Shown here piece by piece: positions 10,800 through 20,652 of a stretch of DNA of 64,000 nucleotides; within the stretch, counting starts at the first letter, position 1; every line of letters begins with the position of its first letter. The stretch lies in the IMG/VR virus record IMGVR_UViG_3300031688_001339; one strand, written 5' to 3'. The notes beneath the pieces were generated by a model. It was not told the DNA's origin and made no database searches. It saw only the letters and a program-made list of their open reading frames with translations. A program made the position numbers and the translations under genes. This stretch comes from a virus.

Positions 10800-10806
10800 T
10801 CACAAT

Positions 10807-11061
10807 ATGAAAAAGGTTAGTGATATTGTAGAAAACAATAAACTATTTGATAGCAATGCTTATAGAGAGTTAACTCCTGTTATGCAAACTGCTATTAAAG
10901 AAGTATATAAAATTATTGATGAAGATAATGATATTACTACAGAGAATTTAGTAGTAAAATTTGAAAATGCAGTTGATAGTGTTGTTACAAAACATAGTAT
11001 ACAAAAAGAACAATTAGAAGATTATTTCACAGACGAAATAATGGAAAAACTAGGAGAGTAA
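10807..11061 (+). CDS. Hypothetical protein (head morphogenesis block)
   Basis: ORF track; more likely start MKKVSDIVE at 10807. Confidence 0.55.
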   Translation: MKKVSDIVENNKLFDSNAYRELTPVMQTAIKEVYKIIDEDNDITTENLVVKFENAVDSVVTKHSIQKEQLEDYFTDEIMEKLGE

Positions 11062-11062
11062 T

Positions 11063-11299
11063 ATGGCGTGGGTAGATGTTACAAATTCAAACAATATATG
11101 GGAGTATGATAATGCTGCCACAGTAAGTGCAACTTATAGTGATTCAGCCGCCGGTGCTAATTCAACAGTTGCTAGCGGAATAAGAACATACACTAAACCA
11201 GGAACTAGTGATACAGTACAAACTTACATAAAAACTAGAAAAAAAGGAACTACAGTGGAACGTGGTGAGTTATCAAAAACTTACTATGACGCACAATAG
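11063..11299 (+). CDS. Hypothetical protein
   Basis: SD GGAG; tight packing. Confidence 0.6.
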   Translation: MAWVDVTNSNNIWEYDNAATVSATYSDSAAGANSTVASGIRTYTKPGTSDTVQTYIKTRKKGTTVERGELSKTYYDAQ

Positions 11300-11309
11300 G
11301 ATATAAAAT

Positions 11310-11702
11310 ATGGCAGATACAGTTACAAAACAAACTATATCAGATACAACTGGTATAAAATATGTAGTTAAACTTACAAATTTTTCAGACGGTACTGGAG
11401 AAACTTTAGTCAATAAGGTTGACGCTTCAGCACTTACATTTATGACGGAAGATGGTGAGAGAAAGTTAGCTAAAGTATGGTACTCAATTAGTACTTCAAA
11501 TAATAGATCAGCAGTAGAATTAATGTGGTCAGGTGCAACTAATTCAACATTAGCAATAATTTCTGGAAATGGTCACTGGGATTTAAGAACCTCTGGAAAC
11601 TCTATATCTAACAATGCAACGACACCAACAGGCGATATATTACTGTCTACAAAGAACTTTGCAGCTGGTGATAATTATACGATTTTGTTAGAGTTTAGAT
11701 AA
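11310..11702 (+). CDS. Hypothetical, probably structural protein
   Basis: SD AGGA; beta-rich T/S composition; head gene block. Confidence 0.6.
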   Translation: MADTVTKQTISDTTGIKYVVKLTNFSDGTGETLVNKVDASALTFMTEDGERKLAKVWYSISTSNNRSAVELMWSGATNSTLAIISGNGHWDLRTSGNSISNNATTPTGDILLSTKNFAAGDNYTILLEFR

Positions 11703-11709
11703 AAAATCT

Positions 11710-11717
11710 TATAAATA
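11710..11717 (+). promoter_or_regulatory. Late promoter TATAAATA for gp21
   Basis: Exact consensus. Confidence 0.75.
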
Positions 11718-11743
11718 TAGATAAGTATTAAAAGAGGGAATAT

Positions 11744-12388
11744 ATGAAACTAATATCCGAAGAAATTACACAGTCAGAAATGTTGGTTGAAGAAACCAAT
11801 GGCAAGAAAGACTATAAAATTAGAGGTGTTTTCTTACAAGCAGAGATTAAAAATAAAAATGGACGTGTCTATGAAAAAGGCATACTTGACAACGAAGTAA
11901 GAAGATATAACGCAGAATTTATCAATAAGAAAAGAGCATTTGGTGAACTTGGACATCCAGACAGTCCAACAGTAAACCTAGAGAGAGTATCGCATATGAT
12001 TACTAAACTCTATCCAGATGGTTCTAATTTTATTGGTGAAGCAAAAATAATGAATACACCATATGGTAAGATTGTAAAAGGTCTTATTGATGAGGGTGCT
12101 CAATTAGGAGTATCGTCTAGAGGTATGGGTTCATTACAAACAAGAGGCGGTGTAAATTATGTAGGTAGAGATTTTTATTTAGCTACTGCTGCTGATATTG
12201 TTGCAGATCCATCAGCTCCGGATGCTTTCGTTGAAGGCATAATGGAGAGTAAAGAGTGGGTATGGGACAATGGCGTTCTCATTGAAAGGGACTTAAATGC
12301 CTGGAAAATGAGTATTGAAAGAGCGAAAAGCGTTGCATTGGCGGAAGCTAAAGCGACAGTCTTTAAGGACTTTCTTAAAAAACTCTAG
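11744..12388 (+). CDS. gp21: Prohead protease gp21
   Basis: GELGHP, GVSSRGMGS, DIVADPSAPDA. Confidence 0.96.
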   Translation: MKLISEEITQSEMLVEETNGKKDYKIRGVFLQAEIKNKNGRVYEKGILDNEVRRYNAEFINKKRAFGELGHPDSPTVNLERVSHMITKLYPDGSNFIGEAKIMNTPYGKIVKGLIDEGAQLGVSSRGMGSLQTRGGVNYVGRDFYLATAADIVADPSAPDAFVEGIMESKEWVWDNGVLIERDLNAWKMSIERAKSVALAEAKATVFKDFLKKL

Positions 12389-12391
12389 TCT

Positions 12392-12399
12392 TATAAATA
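12392..12399 (+). promoter_or_regulatory. Late promoter TATAAATA for gp22-gp23
   Basis: Exact consensus. Confidence 0.75.
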
Positions 12400-12456
12400 T
12401 ACACAAGAATTTATAACTAGTTAAAGAAAATAAATTAATACGAAGGAGATATCTCA

Positions 12457-13641
12457 ATGGCCGAAAACTTAAAAAACATTGAAGTAACAAAAGACCAGAA
12501 AGACGTAGCAGAAAATACTGCCAATCCGTCTGCTGATCTTCCGAAAAAAAATGCTGTTGCAGCTGAACCGAATCACTTATCAAATAGTGCTGAGGATTTA
12601 GGTGCGGCTGTAGTTAAACCTACAGACAGTAACCCGGATGCTTCAAAAACAGTTAAACAAGTTTCTGGACAACCTGCTCAAAAAAGTCAAGGTTCTGCTG
12701 ACGCAATGCCAACACTTAAAAAAGAAGGTGCTAAAGAAACTACGGACGCTGACGATAAAGAAACAGTTAAAGAAGGCGAAATGCCAGCTGGTCTGAAAAA
12801 ATACCTTGACAAAAAAGACGACAAGGAAGCTGATACTAAAAAAGAAGAAGTTGAAGCGAAAAAAGAAGACGAGAAGGACGAAGAAGTTAAAGCAAAAGAC
12901 ATAGACGTAAAAGAACATGTTGAAGCTTTAATCGCTGGACAATCTGATTTATCGGAAGAGTTCAAAACAAAAGCTGCAACAATTTTTGAAACTGCAATTA
13001 AATCTAAAGTAAAAGAAATTTCAGAAGAAATTGAAGCAGATTTTAACAAAAGATTCGAAGAAGAAACCTCTACAGCAAAAGCTGAGTTAGTTGAAAAAGT
13101 TGATTCTTATCTATCATACGTGGTAGAAGAATGGATGAAAGAAAACGAACTTGCTTTAGAAAGAGGAATCAAAGGCGAAATCGCTGAGGACTTTATCAGT
13201 GGTCTTAAAAAATTATTTGAAGACCATTACATAAATGTTCCAGATGAAAAATATAATGTACTTGAAGATCAAGCTTCAAAAATTGAAACGTTAGAAAAGA
13301 AACTTAACGAATCAATTGAGAAGAATGTTGAACTAAGCAAATTAGGTAACAAGTTTAAACAAGCTGAAATTTTAGATGAAGCTTCAAAAGACTTAACTGA
13401 AACTGCAAAAGAAAAGTTTAACAAACTTGCTGAAGAAGTAGATTATTCAACAGAAACCGATTTTAGAGCAAAAGTAAGTATCATAAAAGAATCTTATTTC
13501 AAACCTAAGACTGTTACTGGTGACGGTATAGATGAAGTAGCGGCTGGCGAAGGAAACTCTAACGAGGATCTTAGCAATGCGATGGCTGCTTATAGTGCCG
13601 CTATAAGTCAAACAAAAGACATTAAATTGTCTAACAAATAA
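12457..13641 (+). CDS. gp22: Prohead scaffold/core protein gp22
   Basis: LSEEFKTKAATIFE, YLSYVVEEWMKEN; acidic coiled coil between gp21 and gp23. Confidence 0.92.
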   Translation: MAENLKNIEVTKDQKDVAENTANPSADLPKKNAVAAEPNHLSNSAEDLGAAVVKPTDSNPDASKTVKQVSGQPAQKSQGSADAMPTLKKEGAKETTDADDKETVKEGEMPAGLKKYLDKKDDKEADTKKEEVEAKKEDEKDEEVKAKDIDVKEHVEALIAGQSDLSEEFKTKAATIFETAIKSKVKEISEEIEADFNKRFEEETSTAKAELVEKVDSYLSYVVEEWMKENELALERGIKGEIAEDFISGLKKLFEDHYINVPDEKYNVLEDQASKIETLEKKLNESIEKNVELSKLGNKFKQAEILDEASKDLTETAKEKFNKLAEEVDYSTETDFRAKVSIIKESYFKPKTVTGDGIDEVAAGEGNSNEDLSNAMAAYSAAISQTKDIKLSNK

Positions 13642-13664
13642 AAATAATAGGGAGATAAAGAAAC

Positions 13665-14999
13665 ATGTATTTATCAGAACAATACGAAAAAAAATGGCAG
13701 CCCGTTTTAGAGCATCCTGATTTACCAAAAATCAGTGACTCTTACAAACGAGCCGTTACTGCTACTGTCTTGGAAAACCAAGAACGTGCAATGAAAGAGG
13801 ATTCAGCATTCTTAAGCGAAGCTGCTCCTACGAATAACACTGGTGGAACTTCAAATTGGGATCCAATTTTAATTTCATTAGTAAGAAGAGCTATGCCTAA
13901 CCTTATCGCTTACGATATCGCTGGTGTACAACCGATGACTGGTCCAACTGGACTTATTTTCGCAATGAGATCAAGATACACTTCAGCAACTGGCAACGAA
14001 GCCATGTTTGATGAAGCTGATACTGATTACTCATCTAGAAATGCTGCTGGTACTTCAGCTGCTGGTGACGGCGTTACAGAACACAGAGGAACAAATCCTT
14101 CAGTTCTTAACGATAGTCCTGCAGGTGCTTATACTAGAGGTCAAGGTATGACTACAGCTGCCGCTGAAGCATTAGGCGACGCTGCTGGAAATGCTTTTGC
14201 AGAAATGGCTTTCTCAATAGAGAAAACAACCGTTACTGCTAGAAGTAGAGCTCTAAAGGCTGAATACACTATGGAACTTGCTCAAGATTTAAAAGCAATC
14301 CACGGTCTAGACGCTGAAACAGAACTTGCAAACATTCTATCTGCTGAGATCCTTGCGGAAATCAACAGAGAAGTTGTAAGAGCTGTTTACATAAACTCTG
14401 AAAAGGGTGCTGCTACTAACACAACTACTGCTGGTGTCTTTGATTTAGATACTGACTCAAACGGTAGATGGTCTGTTGAGAGATTCAAAGGTCTTATGTT
14501 CCAATTGGAAAGAGACGCAAACAGAATCGCTCAAAGAACAAGAAGAGGTAAAGGGAACATGATTATTTGTTCTGCTGATGTCGCTTCTGCTCTACAAATG
14601 GCCGGTGTTTTAGATTACACACCTGCTTTAAACAACAATCTAAACGTTGACGACACAGGCAGTACATTTGCTGGTGTATTAAACGGTAGATTTAAAGTAT
14701 ACATTGATCCATACAGTGCAAACTCAAGCGCTAGCCAATACTACGTTGTTGGTTACAAAGGTACTTCACCTTATGACGCTGGTATGTTCTACTGTCCTTA
14801 TGTTCCATTACAAATGGTAAGAGCAGTTGGTCAAGATACTTTCCAACCAAAAATTGGTTTCAAAACTAGATACGGTTTAGTTGCGAATCCTTTTGCGGAA
14901 ACTGGTGCTGCTTCGGGTGCGGTTACAGGAATCACTGATTCAGGTACACCTAACTCAAACAGATACTACCAAAAAGTTAAAGTATCAAACATTATGTAA
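13665..14999 (+). CDS. gp23: Major capsid protein gp23
   Basis: GVQPMTGPTGLIFAMR, SRALKAEYTMELAQDLKAIHGLDAE, QPKIGFKTRYG. Confidence 0.98.
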   Translation: MYLSEQYEKKWQPVLEHPDLPKISDSYKRAVTATVLENQERAMKEDSAFLSEAAPTNNTGGTSNWDPILISLVRRAMPNLIAYDIAGVQPMTGPTGLIFAMRSRYTSATGNEAMFDEADTDYSSRNAAGTSAAGDGVTEHRGTNPSVLNDSPAGAYTRGQGMTTAAAEALGDAAGNAFAEMAFSIEKTTVTARSRALKAEYTMELAQDLKAIHGLDAETELANILSAEILAEINREVVRAVYINSEKGAATNTTTAGVFDLDTDSNGRWSVERFKGLMFQLERDANRIAQRTRRGKGNMIICSADVASALQMAGVLDYTPALNNNLNVDDTGSTFAGVLNGRFKVYIDPYSANSSASQYYVVGYKGTSPYDAGMFYCPYVPLQMVRAVGQDTFQPKIGFKTRYGLVANPFAETGAASGAVTGITDSGTPNSNRYYQKVKVSNIM

Positions 15000-15024
15000 T
15001 CGTAAGAGAAACGATATCATTATT

Positions 15025-15052
15025 AAAAAAGGGCCTTCGGGCCCTTTTTTTT
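15025..15052 (+). terminator. Strong terminator after gp23 (cUUCGg tetraloop, possibly bidirectional)
   Basis: AAAAAA GGGCC TTCG GGCCC TTTTTTTT. Confidence 0.92.
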
Positions 15053-15098
15053 GGCCTAAATAATCCAGAAATTTAAACTCAAAAGAAGGAGGATAACA

Positions 15099-15182
15099 AT
15101 GAACCCTAACAGTCATTTGTTTACAGCAATTCTGATAATAGCATTAGTGATACTTGCCCTATTTGGTGGTCCTGGAAGATAG
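15099..15182 (+). CDS. 27-aa hydrophobic peptide MNPNSHLFTAILIIALVILALFGGPGR
   Basis: Strong SD AAGGAGG; single TM-like stretch; below ORF track cutoff. Confidence 0.5.
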   Translation: MNPNSHLFTAILIIALVILALFGGPGR

Positions 15183-15206
15183 TATAAATATAGTGTAGAG
15201 TTAAGT

Positions 15207-15395
15207 ATGATAAAAAACAGACGTATAGAGCCGGAGATAGACGAAGGAACACAAAAGTTTTTTAACAAACTCATATGGATCTTAATAGTTCTTAATGTAC
15301 TAATAGGAGTTCCAACGATATACGACATGTATTTTTATGAACATACGCCAAAGGTATATAGAGATACATCAATGATACAAACAGACGAGACATAG
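15207..15395 (+). CDS. Small single-TM hypothetical protein
   Basis: TATAAATA at 15183-15190; hydrophobic LIWILIVLNVLIGV. Confidence 0.55.
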   Translation: MIKNRRIEPEIDEGTQKFFNKLIWILIVLNVLIGVPTIYDMYFYEHTPKVYRDTSMIQTDET

Positions 15396-15404
15396 ACATT
15401 ATAT

Positions 15405-16121
15405 ATGAGTGATAATAAAATTTTTGAAGGTATGAAATATCGTCATAACCCTAAATATAATAAAAGATTATTTCAGTCTAGCAAAGTAAATTTAGATTTA
15501 TCTCATAGATGTCCTTTAGAATGTTTGCGTTGTGCTAGACAAGATAAAGATCAAAACGGAAATTCAATAAAGACTCCAGGTAGAGATATAACAATGGAAG
15601 AATTTGATAAGATATCTACTTACTTTGATAGAATACAATTTTGTGGTCAATATTCAGACCCTATACACCACCCTCATTTTATTGATATGTTAAAGATGAT
15701 AAAAGAAAAAGGAAAAATAAGTCAAGTACACAATGCCTCATCATTTAAATCAGATGAATATTTTATAGAAGCTTTTAAGGCAAATCCTGATACACAATGG
15801 TGGTTTGGTATAGATGGTCTACCTAAACATAGTCATAAGTATAGAAAAAATCAAGACGGAGAAAAACAGTTTAAAAGATTGTTGTTAGCCAAAGAACACT
15901 TAAATAAATTACCTATATGGCAAATGATACTTTTTAGTTACAATGAAAATGATTTAGATGAGTGTATGAAAATGGCTGATGAAGTCGGTGTAATATTTAA
16001 TTTAATTAATTCTTCAAGATGGTATAAAGATGATGGTTCTGATCCTTTAATACCAAAAGGTAAAGAGAAGTTACGTATAGAAGAACAAACATTTAATCCA
16101 AAGGTTGCGGTAATGCAATAA
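15405..16121 (+). CDS. Radical SAM protein
   Basis: CPLECLRC (CxxxCxxC), FCGQYSDP, FGIDG motifs. Confidence 0.85.
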   Translation: MSDNKIFEGMKYRHNPKYNKRLFQSSKVNLDLSHRCPLECLRCARQDKDQNGNSIKTPGRDITMEEFDKISTYFDRIQFCGQYSDPIHHPHFIDMLKMIKEKGKISQVHNASSFKSDEYFIEAFKANPDTQWWFGIDGLPKHSHKYRKNQDGEKQFKRLLLAKEHLNKLPIWQMILFSYNENDLDECMKMADEVGVIFNLINSSRWYKDDGSDPLIPKGKEKLRIEEQTFNPKVAVMQ

Positions 16122-16125
16122 ACCT

Positions 16126-16584
16126 ATGACAATAAAATTTAATTTTCCACATGTAAGTGAATATGATGAACTAGCAAGGGTTCCTAGTAGAACAAATTTG
16201 TATGATGAAAATGGTAATATTATAACAGATGAACAAAATGGTATCAAGTCAGATATAACTATGAAACCTATGTGTTTTAAAGGTGACATGAATCTTGCTG
16301 TAGACAATAGAGGTCGTTTATTACCTTGTTGTCATTGTGATACAAGAAATATGACAGGCGATAAAGAGTGGACGAAATTGATTGAAAAAAGTAAAATAGA
16401 AGACTATAATACGTTAGAAGAAATAATAGATAGTGAAGCGTGGAAAGCATTTTATAAATCACTACAACACAATAGAGGTCCTGTGGCCTGCTGGGATACA
16501 TGTCGTAGTAATAAAAAGAAAAAAGACAAACAAGAAATGGTTGTTGCTAAAGGTGGTAAACTAAAAGCATGGGAAAGAAAGTAG
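16126..16584 (+). CDS. Stand-alone SPASM/twitch-like Fe-S domain protein
   Basis: C...VDNRGRLLPCC...CWDTC; LEEI motif; directly after radical SAM gene. Confidence 0.7.
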   Translation: MTIKFNFPHVSEYDELARVPSRTNLYDENGNIITDEQNGIKSDITMKPMCFKGDMNLAVDNRGRLLPCCHCDTRNMTGDKEWTKLIEKSKIEDYNTLEEIIDSEAWKAFYKSLQHNRGPVACWDTCRSNKKKKDKQEMVVAKGGKLKAWERK

Positions 16585-16598
16585 TATAAATAGTGTAT

Positions 16599-16850
16599 AT
16601 GAAGAATTTATTAAGATCAATATTAGGCATGTTAGTTATAATTGTTTGTTTAAAAGTAATTATATTACTTGTATTATTATGTTACTTTGGTTTCTTTTAT
16701 ACTCCAGAGGCAAATCCTTTAGATAATATTGAAGATAAGATAGAACAAGTTGAAAAAAAAGATAGAGTTCTAACAGATAACGAAAAGGTTTTAGAACAAA
16801 AATCTACCGAAAAGGAGTGGGAAGAAATAGATAAGGACACGGATAAATAA
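16599..16850 (+). CDS. Membrane-anchored hypothetical protein
   Basis: TATAAATA at 16585-16592; long N-terminal hydrophobic segment. Confidence 0.55.
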   Translation: MKNLLRSILGMLVIIVCLKVIILLVLLCYFGFFYTPEANPLDNIEDKIEQVEKKDRVLTDNEKVLEQKSTEKEWEEIDKDTDK

Positions 16851-16854
16851 TAGT

Positions 16855-17472
16855 ATGACAACAACACAAAGTAGACAACCAACAAAATTAGATTATGCAA
16901 GTCCTACACAGTTTAAGTTTAGTATTCTTAAACTTCCTAAAGTAGAATACTTTTGTACGGCTGCAACACTACCAGGCATATCTCTATCAGATAGTTATTC
17001 TCAATCTACACCTTTCAAAGATATTCCATTACCAGGAGAAAAGTTAAACTACGAAAGACTTATAGTATCTTTTATGGTTGATGAAAATTTAGAAAACTAC
17101 CAAGAGATACATGGTTGGTTAAGAGGTTTTGGTTTTCCCTCAGATCATAAAGAATTTAGTAACTTGTTAAATAGTGGAAAAGATAGATTCCCTACAAGCA
17201 ATACAAGTGTACTAGGTGACGCTGGTCGTGTTAAGTATGGATCACCAAATACTGGTGGAACATTTTCAGACGCAACTCTATCAGTACTATCAAACAAAAA
17301 CAACTCGGTTTTAGAAGTTAGATTCAGTGATGTATTTCCTATATCACTATCAGGTTTAAGCTATAACCAACAAGCAACAGATGTAGATTACTTAACTGCT
17401 ACTGTAACATTTGACTATAAGATATATGACTTTGCTTTAACAGGCAAAAAAACTAGCGTTACAACATCTTAA
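16855..17472 (+). CDS. gp3: Tail completion / tube terminator gp3
   Basis: SPTQFKF, VDENLENY, SDATL, FPISLS; precedes UvsY as in T4-like marine phages. Confidence 0.85.
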   Translation: MTTTQSRQPTKLDYASPTQFKFSILKLPKVEYFCTAATLPGISLSDSYSQSTPFKDIPLPGEKLNYERLIVSFMVDENLENYQEIHGWLRGFGFPSDHKEFSNLLNSGKDRFPTSNTSVLGDAGRVKYGSPNTGGTFSDATLSVLSNKNNSVLEVRFSDVFPISLSGLSYNQQATDVDYLTATVTFDYKIYDFALTGKKTSVTTS

Positions 17473-17520
17473 TAGAAGATATTAAGACCTGTAACACAAT
17501 GAAAGAAATTTGGAGATATT

Positions 17521-17949
17521 ATGGATTTAGAACAATTACAAGAACAAGCCGACAAAGATTTAAAACTTAACGACATAGAGTTAGACATTGAATCTTTAAA
17601 AACACCAGCCCTACATAACAAATATTTAAAACACTTAACTAAATTTAAGTTACTATTAACACGTGCTGAAGATGAATTAAGAACAGTTAATCGTGAAAAA
17701 TGGGAATACTATTCGGGTAAATCAGACCCACAAGTATACATTTTAAAACCTTTTAATCTAAAGATATTAAGAACAGACGTTGACAAATATATACACGCTG
17801 ATGAAGTGGTACAAAAGGCAACACAAAAGGTTGAATACTTAAAGGTTGTCGTAGACTTTTTAGATAGAACATTAAGACAAATAACCAATCGTACATTTAC
17901 TATTAAAAATGCAATTGATTGGAAAAGATTTACAAGTGGGGCAGTATAA
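17521..17949 (+). CDS. uvsY: Recombination mediator UvsY
   Basis: PALHNKY, WEYYSGK, IKNAIDWKRF. Confidence 0.9.
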   Translation: MDLEQLQEQADKDLKLNDIELDIESLKTPALHNKYLKHLTKFKLLLTRAEDELRTVNREKWEYYSGKSDPQVYILKPFNLKILRTDVDKYIHADEVVQKATQKVEYLKVVVDFLDRTLRQITNRTFTIKNAIDWKRFTSGAV

Positions 17950-18509
17950 TGTATTTAAATAATACCAACTGTGTCAGTATGGGAAAGTTTGAACCAGACT
18001 ATTGTAAAAAGTTAATTTCATTATGTGATACTTTAAAAATGAACGAAGCCAGAATACAAGATGGTAATGGTAAAAATCGTAGTAGTAAAGTTGCATGGAT
18101 TAAACAAAACGATACTCTATACAATGATATGAATAACATTATTAATAAACATAATGAATCAGCAGGTTGGAATTTTGATTTAGTGGAGTTTGAACCTTTT
18201 CAATATACAATATACGAAGAAGGAGATCATTACGATTGGCATATAGATTCTCATACTAAACCATATGATAATGGTTTCATTAGAAAGATAAGTTTCACAT
18301 TGATTTTAAATGAAGACTATGAAGGAGGCGAGTTTGAATTAGCTACTCCAACTCCTAAAGGTAATAATCAAAATCAAAAGTTTACAGGTAAATTTACAAC
18401 AGGTACAATTATATCTTTTCCATCATTTGTTTGGCATAAAGTAAATAAGGTTACCAAAGGAACAAGAAAGGTTTTAGTTGGTTGGATCGTTGGTCCGTCT
18501 TTTGCATAA
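17949..18509 (+). CDS. 2OG-Fe(II) oxygenase (PKHD-type)
   Basis: HYDWHID, RKISF, YEGGEF, FPSFVWHKV, GTRKVLVGW. Confidence 0.9.
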   Translation: MYLNNTNCVSMGKFEPDYCKKLISLCDTLKMNEARIQDGNGKNRSSKVAWIKQNDTLYNDMNNIINKHNESAGWNFDLVEFEPFQYTIYEEGDHYDWHIDSHTKPYDNGFIRKISFTLILNEDYEGGEFELATPTPKGNNQNQKFTGKFTTGTIISFPSFVWHKVNKVTKGTRKVLVGWIVGPSFA

Positions 18510-20002
18510 TGTCAATAGTTAAATACCTAATAGTTGATAAGGTTGACGAGGTCTATATTAAGATAGAGGCCGACGCTGCTATACGTAGAGAATTATCAGA
18601 GTATTTTTGCTTTGAAGTTCCAGGTTATAAGTTTACTCCTGCATATCGTAACAGAGTATGGGATGGAAAAATAAGATTATTCTCATATGCAACTGGACAA
18701 ATCTATGCTGGTTTATATCCTTACATATTAAAATGGTGTGAAGATAATAAAGTACAAATTGTAGATGGTGCAAAGATAAAAGATGTAGAGGTTGATGAAA
18801 AGAAAGTAGATGGTTTTTTAAAGGCACTTAAAATACCAATGGAAATAAGAGACTATCAAAGAGACGCATTTATATATGCTACTAGAAAGAATAGATGTCT
18901 TCTATTATCTCCAACTGCCTCTGGTAAGTCACTTATAATATATCTAATGGTAAGATTCAATATGTTAAGACTTAAACCGAATAATAAAAAAGTACTCATT
19001 ATAGTGCCAACAACATCACTAGTAGAACAACTGTTTAAAGATTTTGCTGATTATGGTTGGACACCAGAGAAAAACGTACATAGAATATATCAAGGACATG
19101 ACAAAGATACAAACAAAGACGTTATAATATCAACATGGCAATCAATATACAATCAACCAAAAGCATGGTTTAAACAGTTTGGTATGGTCATAGGAGACGA
19201 AGCACACTTATTTAAGGCAGTTTCACTTACAAAAATACTTACTAAATTAGATAAATGTAAGTACAGAGTTGGCTTAACAGGTACATTAGATGGAACAAAG
19301 ACACATAAACTAGTGTTAGAAGGACTTTTTGGTACTGTAAATAAGGTTATAACTACAACAGAATTACAAGAGAATAAACAATTAGCAGATTTAAAAATTA
19401 TATGTTTAGTATTGCAACATGACAAAGAGGTCAGGCATACTATGAAAGATAAGACTTATCAAGAAGAAATGCATTACTTGGTTGCTAATGAAAAAAGAAA
19501 TAAGTATATTAGAAACTTGGCAATTAATCTAAAAGGTAATACATTATGTTTATTTCAATACGTAGAAAAACATGGCGAAATATTAAAAACTCTAATACAA
19601 GAAAAGGCAGAGGATAGAAAAGTATTCTTTGTACATGGTGGAGTTGAAACAGAGGACAGAGAAGCTATAAGATTTATTACAGAAAAATCAGATGACGCTA
19701 TTATTGTTGCGAGTTATGGAACATTTAGTACAGGTATAAATATCAAGAATTTGCACAACATTATTTTTGCAAGTCCTAGTAAGTCACGTGTAAGAAATTT
19801 ACAATCAATTGGTAGAGGTTTAAGATTAAAGGATAATAATTCAGCTGCGACCTTATATGATATAGCAGATGACATAAGTTATAATGGAAAAGAGAACTAT
19901 ACACTGGCACACTTCAGAGAACGGATAAATATTTACAATGGCGAAGACTTTAATTATGAAATTCACAACATAGATTTAAACGGAGAGAAAAATGGAAAAT
20001 AA
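18509..20002 (+). CDS. uvsW: SF2 helicase UvsW
   Basis: PTASGKS, DEAH, QSIGRGLR, WDGKIRLF. Confidence 0.95.
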   Translation: MSIVKYLIVDKVDEVYIKIEADAAIRRELSEYFCFEVPGYKFTPAYRNRVWDGKIRLFSYATGQIYAGLYPYILKWCEDNKVQIVDGAKIKDVEVDEKKVDGFLKALKIPMEIRDYQRDAFIYATRKNRCLLLSPTASGKSLIIYLMVRFNMLRLKPNNKKVLIIVPTTSLVEQLFKDFADYGWTPEKNVHRIYQGHDKDTNKDVIISTWQSIYNQPKAWFKQFGMVIGDEAHLFKAVSLTKILTKLDKCKYRVGLTGTLDGTKTHKLVLEGLFGTVNKVITTTELQENKQLADLKIICLVLQHDKEVRHTMKDKTYQEEMHYLVANEKRNKYIRNLAINLKGNTLCLFQYVEKHGEILKTLIQEKAEDRKVFFVHGGVETEDREAIRFITEKSDDAIIVASYGTFSTGINIKNLHNIIFASPSKSRVRNLQSIGRGLRLKDNNSAATLYDIADDISYNGKENYTLAHFRERINIYNGEDFNYEIHNIDLNGEKNGK

Positions 20003-20417
20003 CATTAAAATAATTAAATTAGTAAATGGTGATGATATTGTTTGCGATTTACCTATTGGTGCCAAACAGTTGCACACCTCTAATAAATCTATTAGTATTG
20101 TAAAACCTTTACTAATCAAATACGTTCCTCAAATCACCGTTTCCGGATTTAAGGATTACATTGCATTAATAAGATGGACTGCTTACACTAACGATGTTAA
20201 GATAACTATTCCAAAAGATAAGATAATGACCATCACAAATGCCAATAGTAGTATGACACAGAGTTATATGGGAGTTGTTGATGAATATAATGACATACCA
20301 ATGGTGGATAATAATAAACAGAAACCCATGATTAAGTTTTCCACTGGCGAGAATAAGAAGATCAACGAGATATTTGATGAAGATTATGATGATGATGAAG
20401 AAGGAACAATCCATTAG
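19992..20417 (+). CDS. Conserved T4-like hypothetical protein (possible Sm-like fold)
   Basis: IKIIKLVNGDDIV N-terminus; position between uvsW and gp55. Confidence 0.6.
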   Translation: MENNIKIIKLVNGDDIVCDLPIGAKQLHTSNKSISIVKPLLIKYVPQITVSGFKDYIALIRWTAYTNDVKITIPKDKIMTITNANSSMTQSYMGVVDEYNDIPMVDNNKQKPMIKFSTGENKKINEIFDEDYDDDEEGTIH

Positions 20418-20463
20418 AGGACGCTGGTACTCCAAGCTTCCTTATCAAACGGCTACACCGTTC

Positions 20464-20491
20464 ATTATACATATAATTCACCGAAAGTCAA
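20464..20491 (-). promoter_or_regulatory. Antisense sigma70-type promoter (TTGACT-16-TATAAT)
   Basis: Reverse complement reads TTGACT ttcggtgaattatatg TATAAT, with an extended -10 TG. Confidence 0.6.
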
Positions 20492-20528
20492 TGTTAGGAT
20501 TTAGTAATTGAAACTAAATTTTTGAGAG

Positions 20529-20603
20529 GCGGGTCTAGCTCATTGGTAGAGCGAATCGTTGCCAACGATTAGGTAGAGGGTCCGATTCCCTTGACCCGCT
20601 CCA
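20529..20603 (+). tRNA. tRNA-Gly (GCC)
   Basis: Acceptor GCGGGTC/GACCCGC, anticodon arm AATCG-TTGCCAA-CGATT, encoded CCA; T-loop TCCGATT (non-canonical). Confidence 0.92.
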
Positions 20604-20617
20604 AATGTCTTAAAACA

Positions 20618-20646
20618 TTGACAATTAAGAAAAAATATAGTATATT
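20618..20646 (+). promoter_or_regulatory. Sigma70-type promoter for gp55 (TTGACA-17-TATATT)
   Basis: Near-consensus; ATG is the 7th base after the -10. Confidence 0.75.
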
Positions 20647-20652
20647 AATATT

